Of a stretch of DNA of 64,000 bases, positions 40,292 to 51,129 are shown one piece after another. The notes under the pieces are model-generated. The model did not search any database, had not been told where the DNA came from, and saw nothing but the letters and a program-made list of their open reading frames with translations. The DNA is from Camelus dromedarius (lineage: Eukaryota). Position numbers and translations under genes: made by a program. The stretch covers positions 36,272,001 through 36,336,000 of the forward strand of contig NC_087436.1 in NCBI RefSeq assembly GCF_036321535.1. The letters run 5' to 3'. Position 1 is the first letter of the stretch. Every line of letters begins with the position of its first letter.

Positions 40292-42162
40292 GAAATAAAG
40301 TCTTTATCCCTAGCTTGATATAGGTGTCCCATAATCTGACCTCAATCTAATTTATAAGACTCATCTTCCACCTCTCCTTAAGAACCCTCTGATCTTGCCA
40401 CACTACAACGTACATTTATTTTCATTTTTGCACATGCTATACTCTGATTGAATATCCTATCCTTTCTTCATCTTAGCAAATGATATTTTTCATGACCCAA
40501 GGCAAATGCCACACTTTTGATACAGCCTCCTCTGATGCCAGGGAGAAGTAGTGCCTCCTTCCTGGGCTCCCAAAGTACTTTCTACACATATCTACTAAAG
40601 CACGTAGCACCCTGAACTAAAAACACCATACTTCTGTCTGTGCCCATCTCCCCATTACTCTGTAGGTTCCCTGTTTTCATTCATCTTTATATTCTACATT
40701 CAGCTCCTTTCAAACCTACCCAGTAGTTGGCATAGTACATGACATGTAGAAAGCATTAAATAAATTCAGTGGATTTAAGAGTGCTAATGGGTTTAAGATT
40801 TTTCTAGATTAGTATTATTAATGTCATAGTACAATTAGATTAGTAACAGCTATTTTTCAAGACTGAGTACTTCCAACCTAAGACCTAGAAATTGCAATTT
40901 GAACCTATAATTAAAAAATCATTTTCACTAGACGTTAATATCCCAAATACAAGAGCCTAAGTCATAGAGTGATGCAAAAGCAGATTAACACACTATTCAG
41001 CTTTTTAATTGCCACGAGATCAAACTCGATCCAGGAGAGCCTAAAAATTAGAATTGTTTCTATATATTTGGTCATTATTCACTTCTGGTGTCAGAAATCC
41101 CTTTAATATTAGCAGTAAAGATGAAGTATATGTCCTTAAAACTAATCAAGAGCAACTTTCTCACTGAGTGAATGGCCTAAAAAAATCAATATACTATAAT
41201 TAAGTGACTGGACATTTTACTTAATTCACAAAGTGTCTTGAGTTTGAATCATTTTAATTTCCACTGGGGTAACTTTACACAGAAAAAACACTTGTAATAT
41301 AAGAACAACCTATTTTCCAGAATTCTATTGAGTTTTTTTTTTTTTTTTAATCAATGATTACAAGGCTTGGGTGTCTGCCTGGGGTAGAATGTGAACAAGT
41401 CAGGACAATGGTTTTGGAAAATGTGTCACGTTTCTTTTACTAAAGTGTGAAAAGTGATTTGGGACACTACTTCAAAAATGTAGTTTGCATTTTTCCTGCC
41501 CTTCCTTCAAGGGGATAAAGGGAAAAGACTAGGCAAAAGTTAATCTTCTTCCTGAAACCACTTTTGGAGAATCCAGTACGGTTTTTAGAAAACAAAGTAT
41601 TTACTCAAAGAGAAGGCACTGCCGGAGGCATTAAAAAGTGCTGATGTATAAGCAATTAAGCGTTGGAAGTTTTAACAGACTCCTTCATTCCTACCACCTC
41701 AGTCCTTCTCCCTCACCCTTTTGCTGGCTGGTCCCTGACCAGGTTTAGGACACCACAACACAGGTAAAAACTCCTTCCTTTGCAGGGAGGCTTCAAGTGC
41801 ATCCCAAGACCCGTCCTGCTCCATGCCCACTTCCTTCCGACCACACCGCCGCACTATGCCCCTCCTATAAAGAAATGTTGCCTACCACGCCACAATCCCT
41901 GCTAACCAAGGAGGAGGTAAGTGGCTAAAGGCCAAGCTCCAGGCACTGTGAAGACAGGGATGTCTAGCGGCGCAAGAAAAGGGCAGTCCCCTCCGCCTCT
42001 GTTAATCCTGGACGGTAAACCGAAGCTAGACCAATTCAGCAGGCCCACCAGGCCCTAGAGTCTCATCGTTTCCTCAGGCCCCAAGAGGTCAGAAAAGCAA
42101 ACAAGGGCTCCCCACGTCTCCATCAAAGACTTCTCTGTCGGTGGAAGCATCTCGGTACTAAC

Positions 42163-42330
42163 CTCGCTCTTTTCTCCATCCTTCCGGGAGGGTCCGGTCC
42201 CCGGCTCACACCGCCAGGCCAGGTTCCCGCTGGCACTGGGATGCCCAAGCACCCAGGCGAAGACCCCCACTTCCTGGCCCGCACTTTGCGCAAGTGCAAA
42301 ACGGGGCGAGCTGGATGGGCGGGTAGGCTG
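42163..42330 (-). other. BBS12: Predicted non-coding exon 1 of BBS12 (5' end approximate)
   Basis: Inside the CpG-rich region. Minus-strand donor GAG|GTTAGT at 42163/42162; alternative donor GGT|GTGAGC at 42210/42209. TSS cannot be fixed from sequence. Confidence 0.55.
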
Positions 42331-42601
42331 GTCGCTAAGAAACCAGGCGGAAACTTCGGCCTATTGGTAGGCGGGGAAAGGCGGAGAGTTACGCTATTGG
42401 TAGAGACTAGAGAGAATGGGGGGGCGGGCCTCAAGCGTCTTCTTTTCTGACCATTGGGTAGAAGGGCCATCAATCAGTGGGTGACTGGAGCTGCACGGGA
42501 AGGCGAGAGAGTCCTTAGCAACGGCTATTGCCGTGAAGTGTTGAGTAGCGAGCTGGGCGGTTGAAGCCGGGAGGTCCCGGCTGACGGCGCCGGTTGGGGA
42601 C

Positions 42602-42604
42602 ATG
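42602..42604 (+). CDS. CETN4: CETN4 exon 1 coding part (ATG only)
   Basis: ggggacATG|gtgagt: consensus donor directly after the start codon. Confidence 0.85.
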
Positions 42605-45524
42605 GTGAGTGCGAAGCTGCACTTCTGGCTGGAGCTAGGGCTGAAGTTTCTCCCCGGAGCAGGAAAGGAATTTTGTTTAGTTTATGAAATGTATTATTCG
42701 CCCCTTTCCATGATCCTCGACTGTCAATAATAACCCCTCCTCTCGTCGCCAAATAGAAGCGCATCTTCCGTGACTCTAGGGACAGAAAGGCGGTTCTCCA
42801 GCCCCCTTTTTCCCTCTCCAACCCTATTAACAGCTGATACCAGTTTACGATAGATTCTGTGTCGGAAACGGAAACCCTTCTTCAGCCAGGTTTGAATTAA
42901 ATACAGAGAATAAGATGCTTTAAAACTGTTGGGGCCTCTAGGAAAGATCCAGAACTCTGAAAAACTGGCCAGGGGAGGGAGCTACGAGCTCTGCCACTGG
43001 AACTGTCGAGGACCACACCAGTGTACTGAGGTCTAGGGATCAAGAATCTGCTGCCACCACAACCAACTCTTAATATATGTGAAGCTGGTGTCCACATACA
43101 CAGGAACGTGGTGGAGTCTCTGCCACCAGTGCTTCTTAACCCAAAGCTGGAGACAAGATACTGAAATGAGCTGCAGAAGAACCCCAGGAGTAACTCTGTG
43201 ACCTTGCTTGTCAGCAGAAAAATGGCAAATATTAGGAAGATGCCCTCCATCTTCCCTGGATATTGATCATTGGTCCAACATTTATTCTTAGCTAGATGCC
43301 CAGAGTAATGCCTCTCCAGGAAATTTTTTTTATTTCTCAGTCTCTGCAAGAGACTTGAGAGACGGTGGAAAAGGGTATTATGTCCCGATCAACCATATCT
43401 CACTAAACAAATTTTACTATGAGGTATACAGGCGTAGATGAAAGTAAATATGCCTTAAACACTGCTTTTCAGATAAACCAAGTAAGGCCAATTGTTTTCT
43501 GACATAACATCTACTGTTCTAGCATATCTTCCTTTGCCTCTTCTCCCTCTCAAAAAGAACTAATTTGAAGGAAAAACCTAAGTGGTAAAAAAGAACCAGG
43601 CTTTCCACCAGGATATCAACTGAAAGCACAAATGTTAGCAAAAGGAAAGGGGGGAATTCTTGAGGTTTACTATATGATAGGGAATGAGATACTTGAATAT
43701 GTTTATTTATTACATTTAATTAGTTCAATTCTTCCAGTTGTGGCACCTTTTTCAGTTACCCAGTTTATCTTTCACCCACATGTTTATTTATTATAGGCAT
43801 CCAGCTACCGCACAATTTCAGACCAATGGAAGAAAAGAGCAGCAAAAATTGAATTGAATGAAACCCAAAAGCAAGAAATTAAAGAGGCCTTTGATTTATT
43901 TGATGTTGATGGGTCTGGAACCATAGATGTGAAAGAATTGAAGGTTCTGAAATTACTTCTAAGACATTTAAAAAAACATATCGTTGATTCGTGATAATCT
44001 TTAAATCTTTATCAGTAGCCTTCTGAAAGCTTGATATAATGTCTCTTCAGTGCAGACACCTATGCCTTTAGTGTATATGCCTGGTTTGCACTAACAGAAT
44101 AATATCTCATTAAGCATTTTTTTCTTGTTTTATGAATGAGTTAGGCTAAAGCTCAGCAAGAGACATGACATCCTGTGGCACAGCAGGATTGGAACCTAAG
44201 CCTGCTGACTCTACTTTCTATGTTTAAGCCTAGTCCATAGTAAAAAAAGAGAGACTCTAGTAATTAACAGGTAATTTAAAAGCTAGGAGTGAGATTGTGG
44301 CATAGCATAACTTATTGGCTTTCTATTTCAGATTGCAATGCAGGCCTTAGGATTTGAACCAAAGAAAGAAGAAATTAAAAAAATGATAGCTGAAATCGAC
44401 AAAGAAGGAGTTGGCACCATTAGTTTTGAAGATTTTTTTGCCATAATGAGTGTAAAAATGGTATAGTAGTGATTTTGTTTTTCAGTGAAATATAAGCAAT
44501 AGCCTTCCATGTTTTGGGGCTGGAGCAATTGCAGGTTCCATAGAAGAAGAACTGGAACTAGGTCTTTAAAGATGGATGGGATTTATATAGATAGAAATAA
44601 CAAAATTCAAGATGTTTTCAGGGTAGTAATGAAGACTGATCAGTGTGGAGAAGAGGTCTTCTGTTAGGAAATAATAAGGATATACGGCTGGATAGAGAGA
44701 ATGGGGCCAGCATTTTGAAGCCTCGAAATCAGCACGCAATCTATTGAGTGCCTGTTTTGCCAGGCACTATCCTAGGAAGCACTGAATGGGCAAACTCCGT
44801 GTTGTCTTGGAGCTTGCATTTTTGGTAAGGTATCTCAAATACTGGGGTTAATAAGAGATAACATTCTCTTTATCACCCTGTGGCTCTTCCATTTCAGTAA
44901 ACCCTGAGTTTCAGTACCTTGAGGGTGGATGTGAATGCACTCGAAGAATTGTTAAAAATCAGAGCAGTAAATAAAATCAGAGCTCAGCTACCTGGTATAT
45001 TGCTGCTCTAGACCTCAAAGATCTATACATCCAGCCCAAATGAATAAATAAAAGACTAATGACATTTAATTGTTTCTATTTTTAAAGAGTGAAAAAGATG
45101 ACAAAGAAGAAATACTGAAGGCTTTCAAATTATTTGATGATGATGACACTGGAAGCATATCACTAAACAATATCAAGAGGGTTGCTAAGGAACTGGGGGA
45201 AAATTTAACAGATGATGAACTTCAGGTAAATTTTACTTAATTTTATAATTTACATATATAATTATAGCTTATATACAGTTATAATTTACATATAATTTAT
45301 AGTTGTATTCTTACTTTAGTTGTACTCAAAAACACACTTAAAATAAAATTTGATTTTGAGTATGTGAGTATTCATTTATATCATTATTCCTTTTTAATAG
45401 ATTTCACATATCATAATTACATTTTGTTTTACAGGAAATGCTTGATGAAGCTGATCATGATGGGGATGGAGAAATAAATGAGGAAGAATTTTTGAGAATG
45501 ATGAAAAAGACCACTCTTTATTAA
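42602..45524 (+). CDS. CETN4: Centrin-4, join(42602..42604,43797..43943,44332..44460,45088..45225,45435..45524), 168 aa
   Basis: Hand-spliced through GT-AG introns: [168 protein letters not shown]. Four EF-hands, centrin-type KKTxLY tail, no stop or frameshift. Confidence 0.93.
43797..43943 (+). CDS. CETN4: CETN4 exon 2 (EF-hand 1, loop [12 protein letters not shown])
   Basis: ttatag|GCATCC...TTGAAG|gttctg; 147 nt, open. Confidence 0.92.
44332..44460 (+). CDS. CETN4: CETN4 exon 3 (EF-hand 2, loop [12 protein letters not shown])
   Basis: tttcag|ATTGCA...AAAATG|gtatag; 129 nt, open. Confidence 0.92.
45088..45225 (+). CDS. CETN4: CETN4 exon 4 (EF-hand 3, degenerate loop around [12 protein letters not shown])
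   Basis: tttaaag|AGTGAA...CTTCAG|gtaaat; 138 nt, open. Confidence 0.92.
45435..45524 (+). CDS. CETN4: CETN4 exon 5 coding part (EF-hand 4, loop [12 protein letters not shown]) to TAA
   Basis: ttttacag|GAAATG...CTTTATTAA; 90 nt including stop. Confidence 0.92.
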   Translation, partial: EMLDEADHDGDGEINEEEFLRMMKKTTLY

Positions 45525-45949
45525 TACCGTGTTTTGTTCCTTCTAAAAAGTTGCTAACAAATTTTGTGTTTGTTCTAGTTCCATAATATTTGAATGTACT
45601 CATTTTCAGTTTTTAGTTTATATGCACAAACTGGTCTCTTAATGTCTAATCTATGTGAGAAATTACATATTTCTACCAATATGTTGTTAAATATATAGCA
45701 TCAAGAAACAAAGGAAATGTAACGACTTTCTTGAACCATGAATCCAAGAACAGTATTAATTTCAACTGCCTTTTTTAGAGCTCTAGGGTCCAAAAACTTA
45801 GATTTTTTTTTTTACTTAAGGAAATTGGCCCCACATCAAATGAATCTGGCAAGAAAGCAAGCCATTACTTTCCCTATTGTTTTCCTTTTGTGCAACTTTA
45901 AAAACTGATGAATATTTGCTTTTTAACAAATTATTCAGATATGTAAAGT

Positions 45950-45955
45950 ATTAAA
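45950..45955 (+). terminator. Candidate CETN4 polyadenylation signal ATTAAA
   Basis: First poly(A)-type hexamer I found after the stop, followed by T-rich sequence. Confidence 0.35.
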
Positions 45956-46384
45956 ACTGTTTGGCAACTACATTATTTGCTAATTTTCTTCTTATAAAAA
46001 ATTCAAAGCAGCATTTTTATCACCCAGATTTCTCTATAAGTTTGACCCTGGAAGTTAGTATTTCTTTAATACCTATGTCCTAGGATAGGCGTGAGGCATC
46101 TTACATATGTTAACTCAGTTACTGCATTACAACTTGGAAGCTGGTAGTATCAGCTCCATCTTACTACATATGAGAAAACTAAAGTTCAGAGAACTTAAAT
46201 TTAAAAATTTCTCAGTTACCCATCGATGATAAATAAAAATGGATTCTAGTGTTGTACTGTTAGTCTCGTTATGCTGTTTCCCTGAGGATAAAAACTCTGA
46301 GGAAAATTGTGTATTTTCTAACTCATGTAATTCTATGATCCTCTTGTAATTTAACTTTCTTTGTTTTTTATAAAAGAACAAACT

Positions 46385-46894
46385 TAGAAAAGCAGTCTCC
46401 TGCATGCATTCTTTTGACCCCCATGGGGCCGCATAAGAATGGGCCTTGGTTCTGGAACACTTCTTCACTAAGAGATAGCACCCTTACAGCTTGTGCTGGA
46501 CTTGCCACCTTGTCTGAATATTTCTCCCTGTTTCAGACTCAATATGTACCTCTTTGTTCTCCTTAAGTACATGCGTCATACGGCACCTGGCTAACCCCAC
46601 TCACTGCTATGTCTGTACCCTTTGGGGAGAGATCGGGGTCCTGCTGCACAAGAAGGGCGTGTGCAAGCCAATTGCTCTGTGTTGGTTTCTGACAGGGACT
46701 CGTTAGCCATAGGAAACTGATGCTCACTACTGAAGCTGATATTGCTCTGTCTCTTCTCTATGTGAGTAAAAAGCATCATTCCAGCCAGTTTAACTGCATT
46801 GCCTTTTCCTTAGGAACTCTGATATCACCATGCAGTGAGCAGATGTGCTCAGACTTCTGCTCCTGATAATAGACAACTGATGCCACTTGCTGAA
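46385..46894 (+). mobile_element. ERVL-class solo LTR
   Basis: LTR-like layout, tgtgagtaaaaagc poly(A) region, ends cttgctgaaca. Confidence 0.5.
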
Positions 46895-47239
46895 CACAAA
46901 CTCTTCCTAAAATCAAGTAATGGTCTTTGGAGCAAGAATGGCTTATAGAAAATGTAACTTTACTTGCCCCATCTGATGATTTTTTAGCTCAACTGAAATG
47001 AAGACACGTTTTTTGTTTTGTCAACACAAGAGAGATTTTTTTGTTGTTTGAAACTAGATTGGCATACGCTCAGGAATGTCTGTAAGTGTCTCACAGTATT
47101 TTTAATTCCCAATTATTTAGCATTTCCTCCTAGACTAAAGCAAAATATCCCTACTAAACAGGCTTCACATATGAAAGCTGTAGCCTTTAAGTTGTTAAAA
47201 GATTTATATTTTATGTGGGTAATACACTTAAAAATACAT

Positions 47240-49190
47240 GTGAACAAATTCAAAGAGTTCTAAATAAGTCTCCTTACAATTCAAACCCCACTTCTCCTCA
47301 TAGACAATTATTTTTAACAGTTTCTTGTGAATCATTGCAGACAATGCTTATATATATGCACACGGATATGGAATAGATTTTTTCCACAAGTGATAGCACA
47401 CTACATACATTGTATATATTAATTTTTCACATAATGTATTTTAGAAATAGCTCCAGAGCAATACGAATAAAATGACTCATTCTAGTGGCTATATAACACC
47501 CCACTGTGTTGATTATATTTTACTTAAGTTTTCTATTGGTAGACATTTTCTAATCTTTTCCTTAATATCCTTATGCATATGTCTCTGTACAGATAAATTT
47601 GTAGAATTAATTCTTATAAGTGAAATATAATTTTAATTTAAACACTTTTAATTTTGATAGGGTTTTCTTCTAAAAATATTTTTGCCTAAGTATATTCTTA
47701 ATAGTATATGAAAATACCTATTTTTTGATAAAATATTACCAAACTTTTTGATTTCTGCTAATCTAACAAGTTGCGAGTCATATCTCATTGTAGTATTAAT
47801 GTTCACTTCTCTTATAAGAGGCATTGAGTGTCTTTTCACATTTAAGATCTATTTTTTCCCTTCTGTGTATTGTCTATCCATGTCATGTGCCTATTTTTCT
47901 GTTGGGTTTTTAAAACTTATTGACTTGTAGAAGCTCTTTATACACAAAGGTACTTTCAATTAAGTATACATTTTAACAGGCATTAGGTTTACTGTGATTT
48001 CAGCCTAAATAGTTTTAAATTTTCATTGATTTATTATTTGACCAATGGGTCATTAATTAATGTGTGTTCTTTATCATCCAAACATAGGAGGAGTTTTTAA
48101 AAGCTGCTCTTTGATAATGATTTATAACTGAATTGCGTTGTTGTCAGAGAATATCATCTGTATAATAACAATTACTTGAAAATTGTTGGAAACTTCTGCG
48201 TTTTAAACATGTCCACAACTTCTTTGACATCCCTCCCACCAACAGGAAGAGACTTAGTTTCCCTCCCTTTTAATACTGGTTGTCCCTAGTGACTTGCTTC
48301 TAACCAACAGAATGTAATGGAACCGACACTGCATGACTTCTGAAGACAGATGAGAAAAGGTGATATAGCTGCTGTCTGGCCCTCTTTCTGAGCATCCAAC
48401 CCAGCCACATGCCATGTCAGGCAGCCTCGTGGAACAATCACATGCAGGCACTCTGGCATAGCCTCATGGAGGTTCCAACCAATAGCATCAGCTAAGCAGA
48501 CAGGTAAGCCTTCAGACAGTTCCAGTGTCCAGCCTTTGAGCCTTCCTAGCTGATGCTGAGTAAAGGCAGGATGTCCTCATTGAGCCCTGTCTAAACTGCA
48601 GATTTGTAAGCTAAATAAATGCTGTGACTGTTTTAAACCGGTAAATTTTGTGGGTAGCTTGTTAAGTAACAATAGAACACAACATGCATCCTAGGTTTAT
48701 AACAGTTTACCTCTGATTGGTACTTTTACCAATTCCCCAAATAGATGAATTTTACAACAGTTTAATTCCATTCATCTCTCTCATTTATCGTGCTGTTATC
48801 ATATATTTTACTTCTCTGTATATTCAAACCCTTAGAAGATTTTATTATTATTATTAGTCTTTTATGAAACAGTCTATATTGATTTAAATGACTCACTACC
48901 TTTCTGGTGCTTTTCATTCCTTTATGCAAGCCAGTGGTTCCATCTGGGATCATTTTCTTCAGCCTAAATAACTCTAGTATTCGTGTGGGAAAGATCTACT
49001 GGTGAGAAACTCAGCTTTTGTTTGTCTGAAAAGGCCTTAATTTTTGCCTTCTTTTTTTGAACAGTATTTTTACTGTGGACAGAATTCTAGGTGAGAAGGT
49101 AGGAAGGTCTTTTTGTTCTTGTAGCATTTTAATGCCATTCCATTATGTTCTGATTTCCATAATTTCTGTTGAAATTATAGTTATTTTTGT
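47240..49190 (-). mobile_element. Old L1 fragments with an MLT1 LTR (about 48195-48680)
   Basis: Antisense L1 relic (MKRHSMPLIREVNINTTMRY); MLT1 end aataaatgctgtgactgttttaaacc. Confidence 0.6.
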
Positions 49191-49589
49191 TGTTCAGAAA
49201 AGCAAGTGAAGGAATACTCAAGGGAAGTAATAGATCTGGAGAAATGAAACCAAAGAAAAAGACATATTTTTTAAACAAAGGAACAGATTTAAGTCTTTGT
49301 AGATTCAACAGAAGAGAGTCATGATATGGCCCAGAGTAGGCAGTCAAGACAAGCAGGTAACTTGGAAGATCAGAGACTAATTCAAGTGATAAAAATTATT
49401 ACCGAATATTTCATATGTGAGAATTTCCCACTCAGTAATTTTCCCTTGTGTTCTTGGTGATGGTTCATTTCAAACAGAAAATTTTAAGTGCAAGTTTAAG
49501 TATCTGTTAAATGAACAAAAGAAGGAAGTAAGACACTAACGTTAAGAGCTTGTATGACTTCAGCTTACCCATGCAATCAGAGGGCTGGT

Positions 49590-49630
49590 CACACGTGACG
49601 GCGCACGGTGGTCGCTCCACTAGAGGGCGT
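49590..49630 (+). promoter_or_regulatory. CTCF core motif CCACTAGAGGGCG (49617-49629) with adjacent E-box CACGTGAC (49592-49599)
   Basis: Match to the CTCF consensus CCASYAGRKGGCR inside a small CpG-retaining patch. Confidence 0.7.
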
Positions 49631-51070
49631 TGAGGTCTTGTCTCAGTTTAGTGAGTGCCGGTGTGGTTTGGTTTATGCTTGTTCCGATAGTTTGACCTAA
49701 ATTAGTGAAGGATTTAAAGAAAGCTCAAAGTTAAAGACGTAATTTATCTAGCACAATTTGGGGAAAATATTTATAGAAATTGTGTTATTCTTTAACCCAC
49801 TTCCTTGGTAACTAATTAGTTAGGTTAATGAAAATTCAACAGTTTAGCTTAAAACCAAATCTGACATTGTTCAAAATGTAAGCCATGGAATTGTCAGGGG
49901 AAAATATATTATTTGAAGGTGTTTTTTTAAAAGACTTTTTTTCCCCTCCAACCCTATTTTGAAGATGTTTGACATTTTCCTCCTACTATATGAGGTAAGA
50001 ATTTAATTATTTCATGCAAAAATGACTAAAATGGGACTCAATAAACTGTTGACAGTGGTCACTTCTGAGAGAGGAGAGTGTGATTTGGGAGAGGGTGAAG
50101 ATATTTGCTTTTTATACACCATATCTATGTATTGTTTGAATTTTTATGAACATAAATTTTATAATTTAAATAAAAAGAAGTAAAAAAATTCAATTGCATT
50201 TAAAACTAGGTTAGGAAGCTATTATAAAAATGAATTAGAAATATAAGTCCAAGTTTATACAACCTGCCTAAGTATTTATAAATACAGTGTCCACATAATA
50301 TTAATAAGCATTCTACAATATGACATCAAAAGGGAAGGGTGTTACACCATACACTTTAGCCATTGTTACACCATTACACTCTCTTAGGTTGTGTAATGAA
50401 TAGTCACATATAGGCTCTGAAATCTTCAAAAATAAAACATTTAATTTTTTCTAGCTCCAGTTTAATTGAGTTTTTTTCTTCACACTTAACAAAAGAATTA
50501 ACACAGTTTTATAACACTCAATTTGGGAAAAAGTGGCATTCAAAAGAACTAACTATATAAACAAAGAAACAATCAAAATAAATCATGTTCTGGAATAAGG
50601 TCCTTTAATTTTAAGCTGTTGGAAAAATACATAGGTGCACTTATTCCATTATTTCTGTCTTTATTAGAAATATGTAAGTACCTTTTACTTCTCTTAGAAA
50701 TATATCGTGGATAAATCAAATATCAAACCATATAAAATTATGAAATAAAACCTGTAAATGAGAGTAGCAACCCCATACTGTCACTGACTAGTCGCCCTTG
50801 CACTATGGCGCCCTGAGGAGTGTTGAATCGTGGGACGGAAGAAGGACCACAGTTGTCGTGTTTTCACTGGTGACCCAATCAAAAGGGCACTCTTCCTGCC
50901 CAATGGACTAGAGTCAGAACATCCTTTCCATCAATTCAGCAGGGGAATGTCACAGAGGCATCCGGCCAGAGGGCACAGAGCACACACACGCACGTTGAAA
51001 GGAGAGAAAGTTTCAGGAATACTAATTATCAAGATAGAATTTAAACTAAATTTTGAACAATCAGGAGGCT

Positions 51071-51074
<4 letters not shown>

Positions 51075-51124
<50 letters not shown>
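51075..51124. repeat. (TG)25 microsatellite
   Basis: Read directly. Confidence 0.97.

Positions 51125-51129
<5 letters not shown>

Larger units (their letters stand above)
42050..42830. promoter_or_regulatory. CpG-rich bidirectional promoter for BBS12 and CETN4
   Basis: High GC and CpG density in an AT-rich background. X-box-like sites 42331-42343 and 42511-42522; CTATTGGTAG at 42361 and 42394; ATTGG at 42453; GC box GGGGCGGG at 42421; ETS CACTTCCTGG at 42268; TTGCGCAA at 42286. Confidence 0.85.

Noticed and set aside
42897..43349. 150-aa minus-strand ORF in CETN4 intron 1
   Set aside because: No recognisable homology or exon context.
45243..45294. 16-bp direct repeat TTATAATTTACATATA in CETN4 intron 4
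   Set aside because: AT-rich slippage-type duplication with no functional signal.
50340..50380. Direct repeat TGTTACACCAT(T)ACACT
   Set aside because: Two copies only; a local micro-duplication, not an array.
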